Origin: Clostridia bacterium | GTDB lineage: Bacteria > Bacillota > Clostridia > TANB77 > CAG-508 | Length of the DNA stretch: 64,000 bases | Reading direction: 5' to 3' | NCBI GenBank assembly: GCA_045643205.1 | Contig: JAZUKI010000007.1 | Span: 55,026 to 119,025 of the forward strand | Part shown: positions 27,690 to 39,280 of the stretch, in pieces | Layout: every line of letters starts with the position of its first letter | Numbering within the stretch: position 1 is the stretch's first letter | The notes under the pieces: model-generated | The model's input: only the letters and a program-made list of their open reading frames with translations | Told to the model about the DNA's origin: nothing | Database searches by the model: none | Translations under genes and position numbers: made by a program

Positions 27690-29747
27690 TTACATAAATT
27701 CTTTTAATTTATTGCTTCTTGATGGATGTCTTAATTTTCTTAAAGCTTTTGCTTCAATTTGTCTAATTCTTTCACGAGTAACATTGAATTGTTTTCCAAC
27801 TTCTTCAAGTGTTCTTGCTTTTCCATCTTCTAATCCAAATCTTAATTTTAATACTTTAGCTTCTCTTGGAGTTAATGTTTTCATAACTTCTTCAAGTTCT
27901 TCTTTAAGCATTGTATATGAAGCTGCATCTTGTGGTGATGGTGAATCTTCATCTTTTATAAAATCTCCTAAGTGAGAATCATTCTCTTCACCAATTGGTG
28001 TTTCAAGTGATACTGGATCTTGTGAAATCTTTTGAATTTCAAGAACTTTTTCAACTGGAATTTCCATTTCTGCTGCAATTTCTTCTGGAGTTGGTTCTCT
28101 ACCATTTTGTTGTAATAAGTGTCTTGAAGTTCTTAATAATTTATTGATTGTTTCTACCATATGAACTGGAATTCTGATTGTTCTGGCTTGGTCTGCAATA
28201 GCTCTTGTGATAGCTTGTTTAATCCACCATGTAGCATATGTTGAAAATTTGTATCCTTTCGTATAATCAAATTTTTCAACTGCTTTGATTAATCCCATGT
28301 TACCCTCTTGAATTAAATCTAAGAATAACATTCCTCTTCCTACATATCTTTTAGCAATACTTACAACTAATCTTAAGTTAGATTCAATTAACTTAGACTT
28401 AGCTTTATTATCACCAGCTTCAATCTTTTTAGCTAATTCTAATTCTTGCTCGTATGTTAATAGAGGTATTTTTCCGATTTCTCTTAGATACATTCTAACA
28501 GGATCATCAAGTTTAATTCCATCCATGCTTTCAATATCTAAATCATTTACATCGATTTCTTCAATTTCTTCTAAGTCTTCTGAATCTGGTTCTGTTTCAT
28601 CAAAGTCATCATTAATAATTGCAATTCCTGCTTTTTCTAAAACAGTAAAACATTTTTCCAAATCATCTGGTGATGAATTTCCAATGAAACTAGCAATTTC
28701 AGAATAAGTAATTTTCTTTTTCTTCTTTGCTTTCATTACTAACTTTCTTAATTTTTCATCATCTTTTAATTCTGGAATATCTTTTATATCTAAACCTTCT
28801 GCTTGTTTTTGTGCTTCTTTTTCCGCTAATGCCTTTGCTTTTGCTTCCTCTTTTTCTTTTAAAGCTGCTGCTTTTGCTTCTTCTTTCTCTTTTCTAATTC
28901 TTTCTCTCTCTTCTGCCTTTGCCTTCATTGCCTCTGCTCTTTCTTTTTCCTTTTGTTTTCTTGCTGCTTCTCTTTCTTTTTCTCTTTGTTTTCTTGCAAG
29001 TTCTTTTTCTTTTTCAATTCTTTTTCTTTCAGCTGCTTTTGCCTTTGCTATTTTTAATTTTTCAGCTGCTAATTTCTTAGCTGCTGCTTTCTTAGCTAAT
29101 TCCTTCTTTTTCTTTTCAGCTGCTTTTTTGGCTGCTAATTTCTTTGCTTCCATTAATTTTTTCTTAGCAGCTAATTTCTTTGCTGCTGCTAATTTAGCTA
29201 GTTCTTTCTTTTGCTTTTCAGCTGCCTTTTTTGCTGCTAATTTTTGAGCAGGTGTTAAAGGTTTCTTAACTGCTGTTTTTCCTGTTGTCTTAACAGGTAC
29301 TTTTTTTGCTGACTTTGCTGGAACCTTTGCTGTATTTTTTTTAGCCACTGATTTTGCAACTGGTTTCTTTGCTGTATTTTTAACAGCATTATTTTTAGAA
29401 ACTTTTTTAGTTGTTGCATTTTTAGCTGGAACTTTTTTAGCAACAGCTTTCTTTGTTGCTACTTTTGCTGGAACTTTTGATGTAGATTTTTTTGCAACTG
29501 GTTTTTTAGCTACATTTTTAGCAGGTACTTTTTTTGCAACCACTTTTTTAGCTGGAGTCTTTGTTACAGTCTTTTTAGCAGATGCTTTTGTTGCAACTAC
29601 TTTTTTAGCTGGTTTCTTTTCTGTTGTTTTCTTTGCAACTGATTTTTTAACTACAACTTTTTTAGCTGGAGCTTTTGTTGTAGTTTTTACTTTTGCATTT
29701 TTTGATGTTACTTTTTTAACAACTTTCTTTTCAACTTTCTTTGCCAC
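27690..29747 (-). CDS. rpoD: Primary RNA polymerase sigma factor with long Lys/Ala-rich N-terminal extension
   Basis: [62 protein letters not shown]; directly downstream of dnaG; GTG start. Confidence 0.97.
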   Translation of the reverse strand: MAKKVEKKVVKKVTSKNAKVKTTTKAPAKKVVVKKSVAKKTTEKKPAKKVVATKASAKKTVTKTPAKKVVAKKVPAKNVAKKPVAKKSTSKVPAKVATKKAVAKKVPAKNATTKKVSKNNAVKNTAKKPVAKSVAKKNTAKVPAKSAKKVPVKTTGKTAVKKPLTPAQKLAAKKAAEKQKKELAKLAAAKKLAAKKKLMEAKKLAAKKAAEKKKKELAKKAAAKKLAAEKLKIAKAKAAERKRIEKEKELARKQREKEREAARKQKEKERAEAMKAKAEERERIRKEKEEAKAAALKEKEEAKAKALAEKEAQKQAEGLDIKDIPELKDDEKLRKLVMKAKKKKKITYSEIASFIGNSSPDDLEKCFTVLEKAGIAIINDDFDETEPDSEDLEEIEEIDVNDLDIESMDGIKLDDPVRMYLREIGKIPLLTYEQELELAKKIEAGDNKAKSKLIESNLRLVVSIAKRYVGRGMLFLDLIQEGNMGLIKAVEKFDYTKGYKFSTYATWWIKQAITRAIADQARTIRIPVHMVETINKLLRTSRHLLQQNGREPTPEEIAAEMEIPVEKVLEIQKISQDPVSLETPIGEENDSHLGDFIKDEDSPSPQDAASYTMLKEELEEVMKTLTPREAKVLKLRFGLEDGKARTLEEVGKQFNVTRERIRQIEAKALRKLRHPSRSNKLKEFM

Positions 29748-29759
29748 TTTTTATTCCCC

Positions 29760-31544
29760 CTATTTCATTCTAACCAAATCGATTATTATATTATTTAGTT
29801 CTTTTTCTAAATTTTCTTTTTCATTCTTATCTAACTCTGGTGATTTAAGTATCTCAATAATCTCATTTCTTCTTGAGATTTTAGCCTCTTTTAAATATGT
29901 CTTTTCCACATCTTCAATAGCTTTATCTACATCTGTTATTTCAAAATCATTTGATAAAACTCCAGCTAGATAACTAACCATATCTTGATCTTCAAACCAA
30001 TTTAAAATATCTTCCATGTTTTGATTTTCTTTTAATTTTTCAAAAATCTTATCTATGATTTCTCTGTTTTTTATATCTAATATATATTCACTTTTTACAA
30101 CACTAGATATTCGTTTAAATGTTTTTTCAGAATAATTTGTTAATAAGTAAATAAGCATTTTTTCTCTTCTTAAAACATTATCATCAATTTTTGTTTCTTC
30201 TTTTTTATTTATTATTACTGAAGTCTTTTCAAGTTTCTTTTTATCCGGTTCTTTATTAGTTAGTTTATTAATTTCGCTTTGAATTGCCTCAGTAGATATT
30301 CCGTACGTTTTTCCAATTTTATCTATGTAAACTTCTCTTTCCATTGAGTTATCTACACTTGCTAATGTCTTTGCGATTTCGTTTAAAAATTTAATTTTAT
30401 CATTTGTATTTTCTAAATCTAATGACTGTTTTAATATTTTTACTTTGAATTCTACAATTGAAATTGCATCTTCCATACACTTAATAAAACGATCCGCACC
30501 ATATTTTATTACATATTCATCTGGATCTTTTGCATCACTTATTTGTAGAACTCTTATATCAACTCCAAGATTTTTTAATATATCCATACCTCTGAGAATT
30601 GCTGTTTGTCCTGCACCATCTGCATCATATCCTAAAATAACTTGTTCAGCATTTCTTCTAAGCAATCTACCTTGTGCATCAGTTAAAGCTGTTCCTAAAG
30701 ATGCTACAACATTTGTTATTCCACGTTGATATAATGAAATTGCATCCATATAACCTTCAACTATTAAAATCTTTTTAAGCATTCCATTTGAATTTCTCTT
30801 AGCAACATTTAGTCCAAATAAATTTCTACCTTTGCTATATACTATATCTTCTGGTGAATTTATATATTTTGGTTTGCTATCATCTAAAACTCTTCCTCCA
30901 AAAGCAATATATCTATTTCTAACATCTTGAATTGGAATCATTAATCTGTTTTTGAATTTATCATAATAAATTCCTTTTTCATTTCTTCCAACTAAGTTTG
31001 ATGCAAGCATTGCTTCACTTGAAAAACCTTTTTGTTTTAAATGATTAAACAATTCATTGTTCATTGGAGCATATCCAATTAAAAATGCTTTTAATGTATT
31101 ATTTCCAAGCTTACGTTTTTTTACATATTCTTGAGCAACTTTTGATGTTGGTTTATACAATGTTTCATGATAAAAAATCGCAGCTGCTTCATTTACCTTA
31201 TATACTTCATTTTTTAATTGAACTTGTTTTTCGTCTTCATCGCCGCTATTTTTAGGAAGTTCAATATTTGCTCTTTCAGCTAAAACTTGTACTGCTTCTA
31301 CAAATGAAATATTTTCTGCATTCATTAAGAAGTGAAAAACATTTCCACCCTTTCCACATCCAAAGCATTTAAATATTTGTTTATCTGGAGAAACAGAAAA
31401 AGAAGGTGATTTCTCATTATGAAATGGACACAATCCAAAGAAATTTCTTCCTTTGCGTTTTAGAGTAACATATTGAGAAATTATATCTACTATATCGTTT
31501 CTACTTCTTACTTCTTCTAATAGCTCATCGCTATAGTGTGCCAT
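29760..31544 (-). CDS. dnaG: DNA primase
   Basis: CPFH.EKSPSF...CFGC zinc finger, KYINSPE, EGYMD, TOPRIM YDADGAG. Confidence 0.98.
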   Translation of the reverse strand: MAHYSDELLEEVRSRNDIVDIISQYVTLKRKGRNFFGLCPFHNEKSPSFSVSPDKQIFKCFGCGKGGNVFHFLMNAENISFVEAVQVLAERANIELPKNSGDEDEKQVQLKNEVYKVNEAAAIFYHETLYKPTSKVAQEYVKKRKLGNNTLKAFLIGYAPMNNELFNHLKQKGFSSEAMLASNLVGRNEKGIYYDKFKNRLMIPIQDVRNRYIAFGGRVLDDSKPKYINSPEDIVYSKGRNLFGLNVAKRNSNGMLKKILIVEGYMDAISLYQRGITNVVASLGTALTDAQGRLLRRNAEQVILGYDADGAGQTAILRGMDILKNLGVDIRVLQISDAKDPDEYVIKYGADRFIKCMEDAISIVEFKVKILKQSLDLENTNDKIKFLNEIAKTLASVDNSMEREVYIDKIGKTYGISTEAIQSEINKLTNKEPDKKKLEKTSVIINKKEETKIDDNVLRREKMLIYLLTNYSEKTFKRISSVVKSEYILDIKNREIIDKIFEKLKENQNMEDILNWFEDQDMVSYLAGVLSNDFEITDVDKAIEDVEKTYLKEAKISRRNEIIEILKSPELDKNEKENLEKELNNIIIDLVRMK

Positions 31545-31806
31545 CTACGCCTCCCTTTCTAAAAATTTTTATAATATTTTATTTTTATTATTCTATTTTT
31601 TATTCTTTTATTCTATTGTATATTTCATTTTTTGCCTTTGCTTTTTTCTTCAAAAATGCATACAATATAATATTCAACAAAACTTATAAAAACCCTTTAT
31701 TTTTTCAATTTTTTTTAATTTTTATTAAAGATTTTTACAAAAAAAGAGAAATTTTGAATCAACCTATAAAATTAATTCAAAACTTCTCTTTTTATAATCT
31801 CATTCA

Positions 31807-32379
31807 CTAATTTTTATTGCTATCAAATGGGATGAATTTGCTAATTGCATTTTGTTTCAAATCGATTTTAGCTTCTGTTGGAATTCTGAATTCTTTGTAG
31901 CTCATTTCGATTTTATTATCTACTAATTGTTCAATTTCATCCTTAGATGCTTGTCCTGCAAGAACTAATTCGCTTACTAAAATAACTTTAGCATTACTTA
32001 GCATCTTTTTCTCACCTGTTGAAAGTGTACCTTTTTCCTTTTGTTTAAAGCTTAAATTACGTACAACGTCAGCAACCTCATAGATATCTCCAGACTTCAT
32101 CTTATCTAGATTGTCTCTATATCTTTTGTTCCAGTTTTGAGACATCTCTGTCTCATCTTGTTCTAATACTTTTAACACCTTTGTAGCACCAGCGCTATCA
32201 ATAATAGTTCTAACTCCCATTGATTCAGCTTTAGCTGTTGGAACCATAACTTTAACCTCTCCAGGCATGTTAATGATGTAGTATTGCATCTTTGTTCCTA
32301 ATACTTCTTTTTCTTCGATTGAATCAATTGTTCCGGCACCATGCATTGGGTAAACAATATTATCTCCTACTTTAAACAT
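31807..32379 (-). CDS. carD: CarD family transcriptional regulator
   Basis: MFKVGD.IVYPMHGAG, NWNKRYR, LSTGEKKML, LVSEL; extended -10 TGTTATAAT upstream. Confidence 0.92.
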   Translation of the reverse strand: MFKVGDNIVYPMHGAGTIDSIEEKEVLGTKMQYYIINMPGEVKVMVPTAKAESMGVRTIIDSAGATKVLKVLEQDETEMSQNWNKRYRDNLDKMKSGDIYEVADVVRNLSFKQKEKGTLSTGEKKMLSNAKVILVSELVLAGQASKDEIEQLVDNKIEMSYKEFRIPTEAKIDLKQNAISKFIPFDSNKN

Positions 32380-32628
32380 CTAGTTGTCTCCTTCCCTATG
32401 TTACAGGTATAAATCGCCTTTTTTTAACATAGTTCGATTATAACATATTTTCCCCTTCAAGTAAAGAAATTATATAAAATATTTTTTATTCATTGCTTTG
32501 AAAAGGTTCATTTTTCTATCTTACAAAGATTTTGATTTTTAAAAGTAAAAAAGTGAGTTAATCATTTTTTAATGATTAGCCCACTTTTTTGTCAAGATTA
32601 CATTTTTGTATTATTTCGTTATCTTATT

Positions 32629-33087
32629 TTATTTATCGGTTGAGCCAAAACCACCCATTCTTTTTCCCTCAGCAGCATCACCATCACAAATTAAATATTT
32701 AGTAAATACTACTTGTCCAATAGTGTCTCCTTTTTTTACTTCTATATCATGATCACTGCAATTAAAATATGGAAAGTAGAAATGACCATCATTATCTGGA
32801 TTTTCATAATAATCACTATCAATTAATCCTACACTATTTGCTAAAATAAATCCTTTTTTAGGTCCACTACTTCTGTTTAATAATAAATAACATTCATCAT
32901 CCATGCAATAAGCTTTTAGACCTGTTGGTACTAATGTTGGCTTAGCTCCTGGAGTAAATTTAGGAATAATGATATCTTCTGCAGCTTCAACATCATATCC
33001 TGCAGAATGTGCTGTTTTTCTAACTGGTATATTTATTCCTTTATTTTCCCATCCTTTTGCAATTTCAAAACCTCTTGCTCTTTCCAT
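32629..33087 (-). CDS. dut: dUTP diphosphatase
   Basis: SAGYD, RSS, GLIDSDY, GQ, RMGGFGST. Confidence 0.95.
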   Translation of the reverse strand: MERARGFEIAKGWENKGINIPVRKTAHSAGYDVEAAEDIIIPKFTPGAKPTLVPTGLKAYCMDDECYLLLNRSSGPKKGFILANSVGLIDSDYYENPDNDGHFYFPYFNCSDHDIEVKKGDTIGQVVFTKYLICDGDAAEGKRMGGFGSTDK

Positions 33088-33103
33088 ATTGTGTTTTCCT
33101 TTC

Positions 33104-33796
33104 TTATTTTTTTAATTCTTTTTCAGCTTCTTTATAGTCTGGCATAAATGATTCTACCATATTCCAGAATTTTTTAGAATGATTCATATATTTTAAATGG
33201 CATAATTCATGGATTACAATATATTCTAATGCATGTCTACTATACATTATTAAATCTTGGTTGATAGTTATTTTCTTATTTGAAGAACAACTTCCCCATT
33301 CTGATTTTACTTTTCTAATTCTATATTCATCTGGTGCTAATCCAACTACTTTAGTTAGTTTTTTCATTGTAATGTCTACTTCTTTTTTTGCAATCATATT
33401 ATACATTTTATCAATCATTTTTTTGATTAATTCAGCATTGTTTCTTTCAGCATAGTCTAAAGGAAGAATTATATTGATCATACCATTTTCGACTTTAAGT
33501 TTAGCATTATTTATATTTTGGAAATAAATATTTAAATAATAGTTTTTTCCTAATATTTGATATTTTTCTCCATCTGTATATGTTTTTGCTTTTCTTGGTG
33601 AATTTTGATATTCTTCAAGTTTTTCAATTATCCATCTTCTTTTTTGTTCTATAACTTCTTGAATTTGGTTACTGGTTACATACCAAGGAGCTTTTACTAC
33701 AACCTCACCATTTTGAATAGAGATATATAAGTTTTTAACTTTTGCCTTGCATACTGTATAAGCTATTGTTTTATTTTTATATTGTATTTTTTTCAT
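33104..33796 (-). CDS. YgjP-like (DUF45/M48) metallo-domain protein
   Basis: WGSCS, IHELCHL..MNHSKKFW..V...MPDY. Confidence 0.9.
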   Translation of the reverse strand: MKKIQYKNKTIAYTVCKAKVKNLYISIQNGEVVVKAPWYVTSNQIQEVIEQKRRWIIEKLEEYQNSPRKAKTYTDGEKYQILGKNYYLNIYFQNINNAKLKVENGMINIILPLDYAERNNAELIKKMIDKMYNMIAKKEVDITMKKLTKVVGLAPDEYRIRKVKSEWGSCSSNKKITINQDLIMYSRHALEYIVIHELCHLKYMNHSKKFWNMVESFMPDYKEAEKELKK

Positions 33797-34351
33797 TTTT
33801 TATCTCCTTCCAAAATGTTTTTTATCAAAAAATTATTGTTTATTTTTTTACTGAACTTCTGTTCGTTTTTAGTATACTAATTCTCCTTGTGTTTGTCAAC
33901 ACTTTTTTCAATTTTTTTATTTTATTTTTTCTTAGCCTATAGTCCTTGTAATTACGTGTTTTAGGCACTTTTAATTCTTTGAAAGTATTGTTTTTATTTG
34001 CGAATATTTGTTTGCTTTTTGTCTGTCTTTTTATTAATAATAGTTACATGAATTTTAGTTTAGAAAATAAACATTTTTTTATAAAAATTTTAATTTTTTG
34101 ATACCAAAAATTATACGTTTTGTTTTTCCTTTATGCAATATTTTTTTATTTTGTTATATACAAAAAAGGAACAAATTAATCTAAATTTGTTCCTTTTATA
34201 TTATACTTTTTTACTAATATATATTATTAGTGTTTTTTCGGTTTATATTTTCTTATTTTTTTTCTTATATTATTTTAGTTTTAATTTTAATTAAAATCCT
34301 AATCCCTATTATAATCTTAATTTAATTTTATTCTTATTTTTATTCTTATTT

Positions 34352-35632
34352 TTAATCTTTATTTACTTTTTTATCAGATTCAGTTTCTATTGTTTCTTCT
34401 TTTTTAGGTTCTTTAATCCAATTTTTGCCGTCTACTATTCTTGCTACCATCATTGATGAAACAGTATCACCAACAACGTTTAGCATTGTAGCTGGTGGAT
34501 CAATAATTGTTGCAACTACTGTTAATAGTGGAAGTGCTGCAACTGGAAAACCTAACATTGTAATAATTAACATTTCTGAAATTGTTCCTCCACCAATTGG
34601 TACTCCTGTTATTAAAAGATTTGCTAATAAAGCAACTCCAAGTATTTGCCAGAAGTTAAAGCTTGTTCCAAAAATGCAAACTAGAAACATTATCTTAAAT
34701 ACACTACCTATAATTGAACCATCTTTATGAAAACTGCATCCTATAGGAATTGTTGTATCTGCTACATCTTCAGGTACTCCAATTTTCTTGGCTGCATCTG
34801 TATTTGCTGGAATTGATGCTGCGCTTGAACATGTTGCTAAAGATGTAAATGTTGGTGCTGCAGCATTTTTCCAGAATTTTTTTATGCCAAGTTTTCCGCC
34901 TCCAATAAATGCATAAATTGTATACATTATAAAATAGAAAGCTACGCATACTACTGTATATATTAAGAAAGTTTTTAAATATCCTACAGCAATTGATGCT
35001 CCGAATGTTCCTATTAAATATGCAAAATAGCATGCAAGACCTATTGGTGCATAATACATAATAATTTTAATAATATTTTGAACTACTTCATTAGCAGATT
35101 CCAAAACTTTTAAGAATGCCTCTCCTTTTTTGCCTGACATTTGGAAAGCAATTCCTGTAATAATTGATGCTACTAATAAAGCGATGATATTGCCACGATT
35201 AAATAGTTTGCTGAAGTCATCAACTGTAATAAGTTGTACTGTTCTATCTGCAATTGTTAAATCATCTTCTTCAACAGCTGTTTCTTCCATGGTAGATTTA
35301 ATAAGTTCAGTATCTTCTGGTTCAACAAGTTTAGTTATTGATGTTACCCCCATACCTACTAAAACTGCTATTAATGATGTGGCGATAAATACGATAAAAA
35401 TTGTAACGATAATCTTACCAATTCTCTTGGCAGATTTCATTCTTGCAATTGATGTTGTAATTGTTAAAAATATTAAAGGTACAATAACAACTAGCAATAA
35501 ATTTAAGAAAATATCTCCGAAAGGTTTAAGAACGGCTGCTTGTTCCTTGGCAACTAGGCCAACGATTATTCCAACAATAATTGCAGCCAAGAGAATTATT
35601 GTTGTTTTGTAATTTTTTAAAAATTTTTTCAT
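34352..35632 (-). CDS. Dicarboxylate/amino acid:cation symporter
   Basis: Multiple TMs, TCSSAASIP, PIG.SFHKDG, DPPATMLNVVGD; terminator AAAAGGAACAAATT/AATTTGTTCCTTTT at about 34164-34197. Confidence 0.92.
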   Translation of the reverse strand: MKKFLKNYKTTIILLAAIIVGIIVGLVAKEQAAVLKPFGDIFLNLLLVVIVPLIFLTITTSIARMKSAKRIGKIIVTIFIVFIATSLIAVLVGMGVTSITKLVEPEDTELIKSTMEETAVEEDDLTIADRTVQLITVDDFSKLFNRGNIIALLVASIITGIAFQMSGKKGEAFLKVLESANEVVQNIIKIIMYYAPIGLACYFAYLIGTFGASIAVGYLKTFLIYTVVCVAFYFIMYTIYAFIGGGKLGIKKFWKNAAAPTFTSLATCSSAASIPANTDAAKKIGVPEDVADTTIPIGCSFHKDGSIIGSVFKIMFLVCIFGTSFNFWQILGVALLANLLITGVPIGGGTISEMLIITMLGFPVAALPLLTVVATIIDPPATMLNVVGDTVSSMMVARIVDGKNWIKEPKKEETIETESDKKVNKD

Positions 35633-35832
35633 TAATACTACCTCTTTTTAAAAAAGTGGTAACTGAGATATAATTATATCTTCAGGATTTACATGTTAAT
35701 TGTACTATTTTCAGTCATTTTTTTCAATAAAAAGCATAAAAAAGGCTGAAATGTCGCTTTTGTAACATTTCAACCTTTCTATTTTTTCTTATTTTATTAA
35801 TTATATCTTTTTTATTTAGCTATTTAATTTTA

Positions 35833-37071
35833 CTAAATCTTTTGGCTAATTTCTTCTAAAGAAATTTCTTCAGTTTCTCCTGATTCCATATTCTTTAATT
35901 GAACTTTTCTTGAAGCTAATTCATTATCTCCGATTGTAATAACATATTTTGCCCCAATTTTGTTTGCATATTTAAATTGAGCATTAACTCCTCTGTCCAT
36001 TACATCTTTGTCGATATATTTGCCTTGTTCTCTTAATTTAGATGCAATCTTTGTAGCCTCGATGTCCGCTTGTTCCCCAATTGCTACTATTGATAAGTCT
36101 GGTATTCTTTCAGCTGGGAAAGTAACATTTGTGTCTTTCATTAAATTTAAAATTCTTTCTTCTCCAACTCCGAAACCTAGTGCTGGTGTAGATGGACCGC
36201 CTAATTCTTCAACTAATCCATCATATCTTCCACCACCTAATATTGTTAATCCATCTGTTTTTGAAATAAATTCAAAAACTGTACGTGTGTAGTAATCTAA
36301 TCCTCTAACGATTCCTGAATCAACTATAAAATCAATTCCTACTTCTTTTAATTCATTTTGAATCTTCTCAAAATTAGCTTTGCACTCATCACATAAATAA
36401 TCTGTAATAATTGGTGCATTTTGATTCATTTCTTTATCTGCTTCTACTTTACAATCTAGAATTCTCATAGGATTTCTATCATATCTTCCTTTGCAAGTAT
36501 CGCAGTATTTATCAAGATTAGGTTTTATAAATTCTCTTAATGCTTCTCTGTATTTTGCTCTACATTCTTTGCATCCAATTGAATTTAAATGTATCTCATA
36601 TTCTGTAATGCCAAGTTTTTTAACAAATTGATCAAGCATAATGATTAATTCAACATCTGCTTTATATGAAGCTGTTCCAACCATTTCGCAACCAATTTGA
36701 TTAAATTCTCTTTGTCTTCCTTTTTGTACATTTTCATATCTATAAACAGGAATTCTATAATAAAACTTTTGTGGACTTGGTAATGAGCTCATTCCATTTT
36801 CTAGATATGCTCTAATTACGCCAGCTGTTCCTTCTGGTCTTAATGCAACTGAACGTCCTCCTTTATCATCAAAAACATACATTTCTTTTTCTACAACGTC
36901 TGTTGTATCACCAACGCCTCTTTGAAAAAGTTCTGTAGCTTCTATAACAGGAGTTCTAATTTCTTTGTATCCGAAGTTTTCAAAAACTTCTTTTGCTTTT
37001 CCTTCTACATATTGCCACTTCTCAATTTCACCTGGAAGCACGTCATATGTACCTTTTAATCTTTGTATCAT
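35833..37071 (-). CDS. hisS: Histidine--tRNA ligase
   Basis: LRPEGTAG, RYE..QKGRQREF.Q, VRGLDYY, GGGRYD. Confidence 0.98.
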   Translation of the reverse strand: MIQRLKGTYDVLPGEIEKWQYVEGKAKEVFENFGYKEIRTPVIEATELFQRGVGDTTDVVEKEMYVFDDKGGRSVALRPEGTAGVIRAYLENGMSSLPSPQKFYYRIPVYRYENVQKGRQREFNQIGCEMVGTASYKADVELIIMLDQFVKKLGITEYEIHLNSIGCKECRAKYREALREFIKPNLDKYCDTCKGRYDRNPMRILDCKVEADKEMNQNAPIITDYLCDECKANFEKIQNELKEVGIDFIVDSGIVRGLDYYTRTVFEFISKTDGLTILGGGRYDGLVEELGGPSTPALGFGVGEERILNLMKDTNVTFPAERIPDLSIVAIGEQADIEATKIASKLREQGKYIDKDVMDRGVNAQFKYANKIGAKYVITIGDNELASRKVQLKNMESGETEEISLEEISQKI

Positions 37072-37072
37072 A

Positions 37073-39280
37073 TTAATGTCCTCTCTTTACATCATAAACG
37101 CTATCTATTTTTTCTAAATCTCTAATTATTTTATCTAACATTTGTGTATTTTTTACTTCTAATTTTAGATTTATTGTTACTATTTTTTCGTGATTTACCG
37201 CTGCTTTTATTGAAAGCATAGCAGTATCACTTTTAGTTATTAAAACAACTATATCTGATAATAGGTCATCTCTATCATTTGCAAAGATATTAACTTCAAC
37301 ATTGTAAGTAGTGTTTACTTTTTCTTCATCCCAATAAACCTCTACAATTCTTTCACCTTCAGTAAATAATTCTTTTACATTAGTACAATCTTTACGATGT
37401 ACTGTAACACCTCTACCTCTTGTGATATATCCAATAATTTCATCGCCTTGAACTGGATTACAGCATTTTGAAAGTTTAACTAAACAATTATCAATTCCTT
37501 TAACGATAATTCCAGTCTTTGATTTAGAACGAACTTTTCTGTTTTGAATTTCATGAAGTTCTTCCATCTTTTCTTCGATATTAATTTTATCTTTGTTTTC
37601 TTTTCTATATTCTTCTAAAACTCTTGATATAAACTTATTTGCTCCAATTGAACCAAATCCAACTGCAGAATACATATCTTCAATTGTTTTAAAAGCAAAT
37701 TTTTGTAGTGCAGGTTTAACAAATTGATCTGCAAATAATTCATCTTCTTGCATTCCAATTTTCTTAACTTCTTTTTCTACAATTTCTTTACCTTTATCAA
37801 TGTTTTGTTGTCTATCCCTCTTTTTGAAGAATTTTAAAATTTTTGTTTTAGCTTGAGTTGATTTAATAAACTTCAACCAATCTCTACTAGGTCCTTTTGA
37901 ATTGTCATTTGTTATAACCTCAACTATATCACCATTTTTCAAAGGTGTTATAATTGGCATCATTCTTGAATTTATTTTTGCTCCGACCATCTTGTTACCA
38001 ATTTGGTCGTGAATTAAATATGCAAAATCAATTGGTGTACTGCCCTTAGGTAATGTTTTTATTTCACCCTTTGGTGTAAAAACATAAACTTCGTCTTCAA
38101 ATAACTCTGTTTTTAAAGTTGCTAAGAACTCTTGTGGATCTTGCATATCTTTTTGCCATTCTAAACTTTCACGAAGCCAAGATAATTTATCTTCATTAAC
38201 TACTACGTTTACCTTTTTTCCTCTAGCAAAACTTTGCTCTTTATATGCCCAGTGAGCAGCAATACCAAATTCAGCAATTCTATGCATATTATAAGTTCTA
38301 ATTTGAACTTCAAATGGTGTTCCACCTTTACCAAGTAATGTTGTATGTAATGATTGATACATATTTGGTTTTGGAACTGCTATGTAGTCTTTAAATTTTC
38401 CTGGCATTGGGTTATACATTTCATGAACTACACCAAGTGCTGCATAACAATCTTTTACTGAATTTACTAATATTCTTAATGCAAACAAATCATAAATTTG
38501 ATCTAATGTTTTATTATCTCTTTGCATTTTTCTATAAATTGAATATAAATGCTTTGCTCTTCCTGTAATTTCAGCAACAACATGATTCTTTTTTAAAGCA
38601 TCCTTTATTTCATCTTCAATTTCATTAAGTATTTTAATTCTTTCTTCTCTCTTTTTATCTATACCTTCGACAATTTCTCTATAGTCTTCTGGATATAAAT
38701 ATTTGAAAGCAAGATCTTCAAGTTCCCATTTTAGGTTATAAATACCTAATCTGTTAGCTAATGGTGCATACAAATCCATTGTTTCTTGTGCGTTTGCTAT
38801 TTGTCTATCTCTTGATAAATATTTTAGTGTACGCATATTATGCAATCTATCTGAAATTTTAATCAATACAACTCTTATATCTTTTCCCATTGCAAGAAAC
38901 ATTTTTCTGTAGTTCTCAACTTGTTGCTCTTCAGCTGTTGCATAATTTATCTTTCCTAATTTAGTTACTCCATTAACCATTTCAGCAATTTCTTCAGAAA
39001 AGTTTGTAGCTATGTCTTCTATAGTTACATCTGTATCTTCAGCAAGATCGTGCATTAATGCAGCACATATTGTTGCATCATCAAGTCCTAAATTAGCAAC
39101 TATATAAGCAACTTGAAGTGGATGAACAATATATGGCTCGCCAGATTTTCTCTTTTGATCTCCATGATGTTGATATGCATATTCATATGCTCTTTTTATT
39201 AATTTTGCATCTGATTTCTTAAAATGTAATTTAGCTTCTGCTATTACATCTTCAATTGTTTTATCTACTATTTCAGACAT
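37073..39280 (-). CDS. relA: Bifunctional (p)ppGpp synthetase/hydrolase Rel
   Basis: HD hydrolase (RKSGEPY, MHD), DRLHNMRTL, YQSLHT, EVQIRT, TGS domain, CCNP and ACT domain. Confidence 0.97.
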   Translation of the reverse strand: MSEIVDKTIEDVIAEAKLHFKKSDAKLIKRAYEYAYQHHGDQKRKSGEPYIVHPLQVAYIVANLGLDDATICAALMHDLAEDTDVTIEDIATNFSEEIAEMVNGVTKLGKINYATAEEQQVENYRKMFLAMGKDIRVVLIKISDRLHNMRTLKYLSRDRQIANAQETMDLYAPLANRLGIYNLKWELEDLAFKYLYPEDYREIVEGIDKKREERIKILNEIEDEIKDALKKNHVVAEITGRAKHLYSIYRKMQRDNKTLDQIYDLFALRILVNSVKDCYAALGVVHEMYNPMPGKFKDYIAVPKPNMYQSLHTTLLGKGGTPFEVQIRTYNMHRIAEFGIAAHWAYKEQSFARGKKVNVVVNEDKLSWLRESLEWQKDMQDPQEFLATLKTELFEDEVYVFTPKGEIKTLPKGSTPIDFAYLIHDQIGNKMVGAKINSRMMPIITPLKNGDIVEVITNDNSKGPSRDWLKFIKSTQAKTKILKFFKKRDRQQNIDKGKEIVEKEVKKIGMQEDELFADQFVKPALQKFAFKTIEDMYSAVGFGSIGANKFISRVLEEYRKENKDKINIEEKMEELHEIQNRKVRSKSKTGIIVKGIDNCLVKLSKCCNPVQGDEIIGYITRGRGVTVHRKDCTNVKELFTEGERIVEVYWDEEKVNTTYNVEVNIFANDRDDLLSDIVVLITKSDTAMLSIKAAVNHEKIVTINLKLEVKNTQMLDKIIRDLEKIDSVYDVKRGH

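Noticed and set aside
28790-29740. Repetitive DNA resembling a tandem array or CRISPR
   Set aside because: The repeats are degenerate codon-level repeats of the Lys/Ala-rich RpoD extension, with no constant repeat-spacer period.
33800-34350. Long, extremely AT-rich intergenic region with short T-rich repeats
   Set aside because: It contains only a terminator and promoter-like elements; no credible ORF, DnaA-box cluster or structured RNA was seen.
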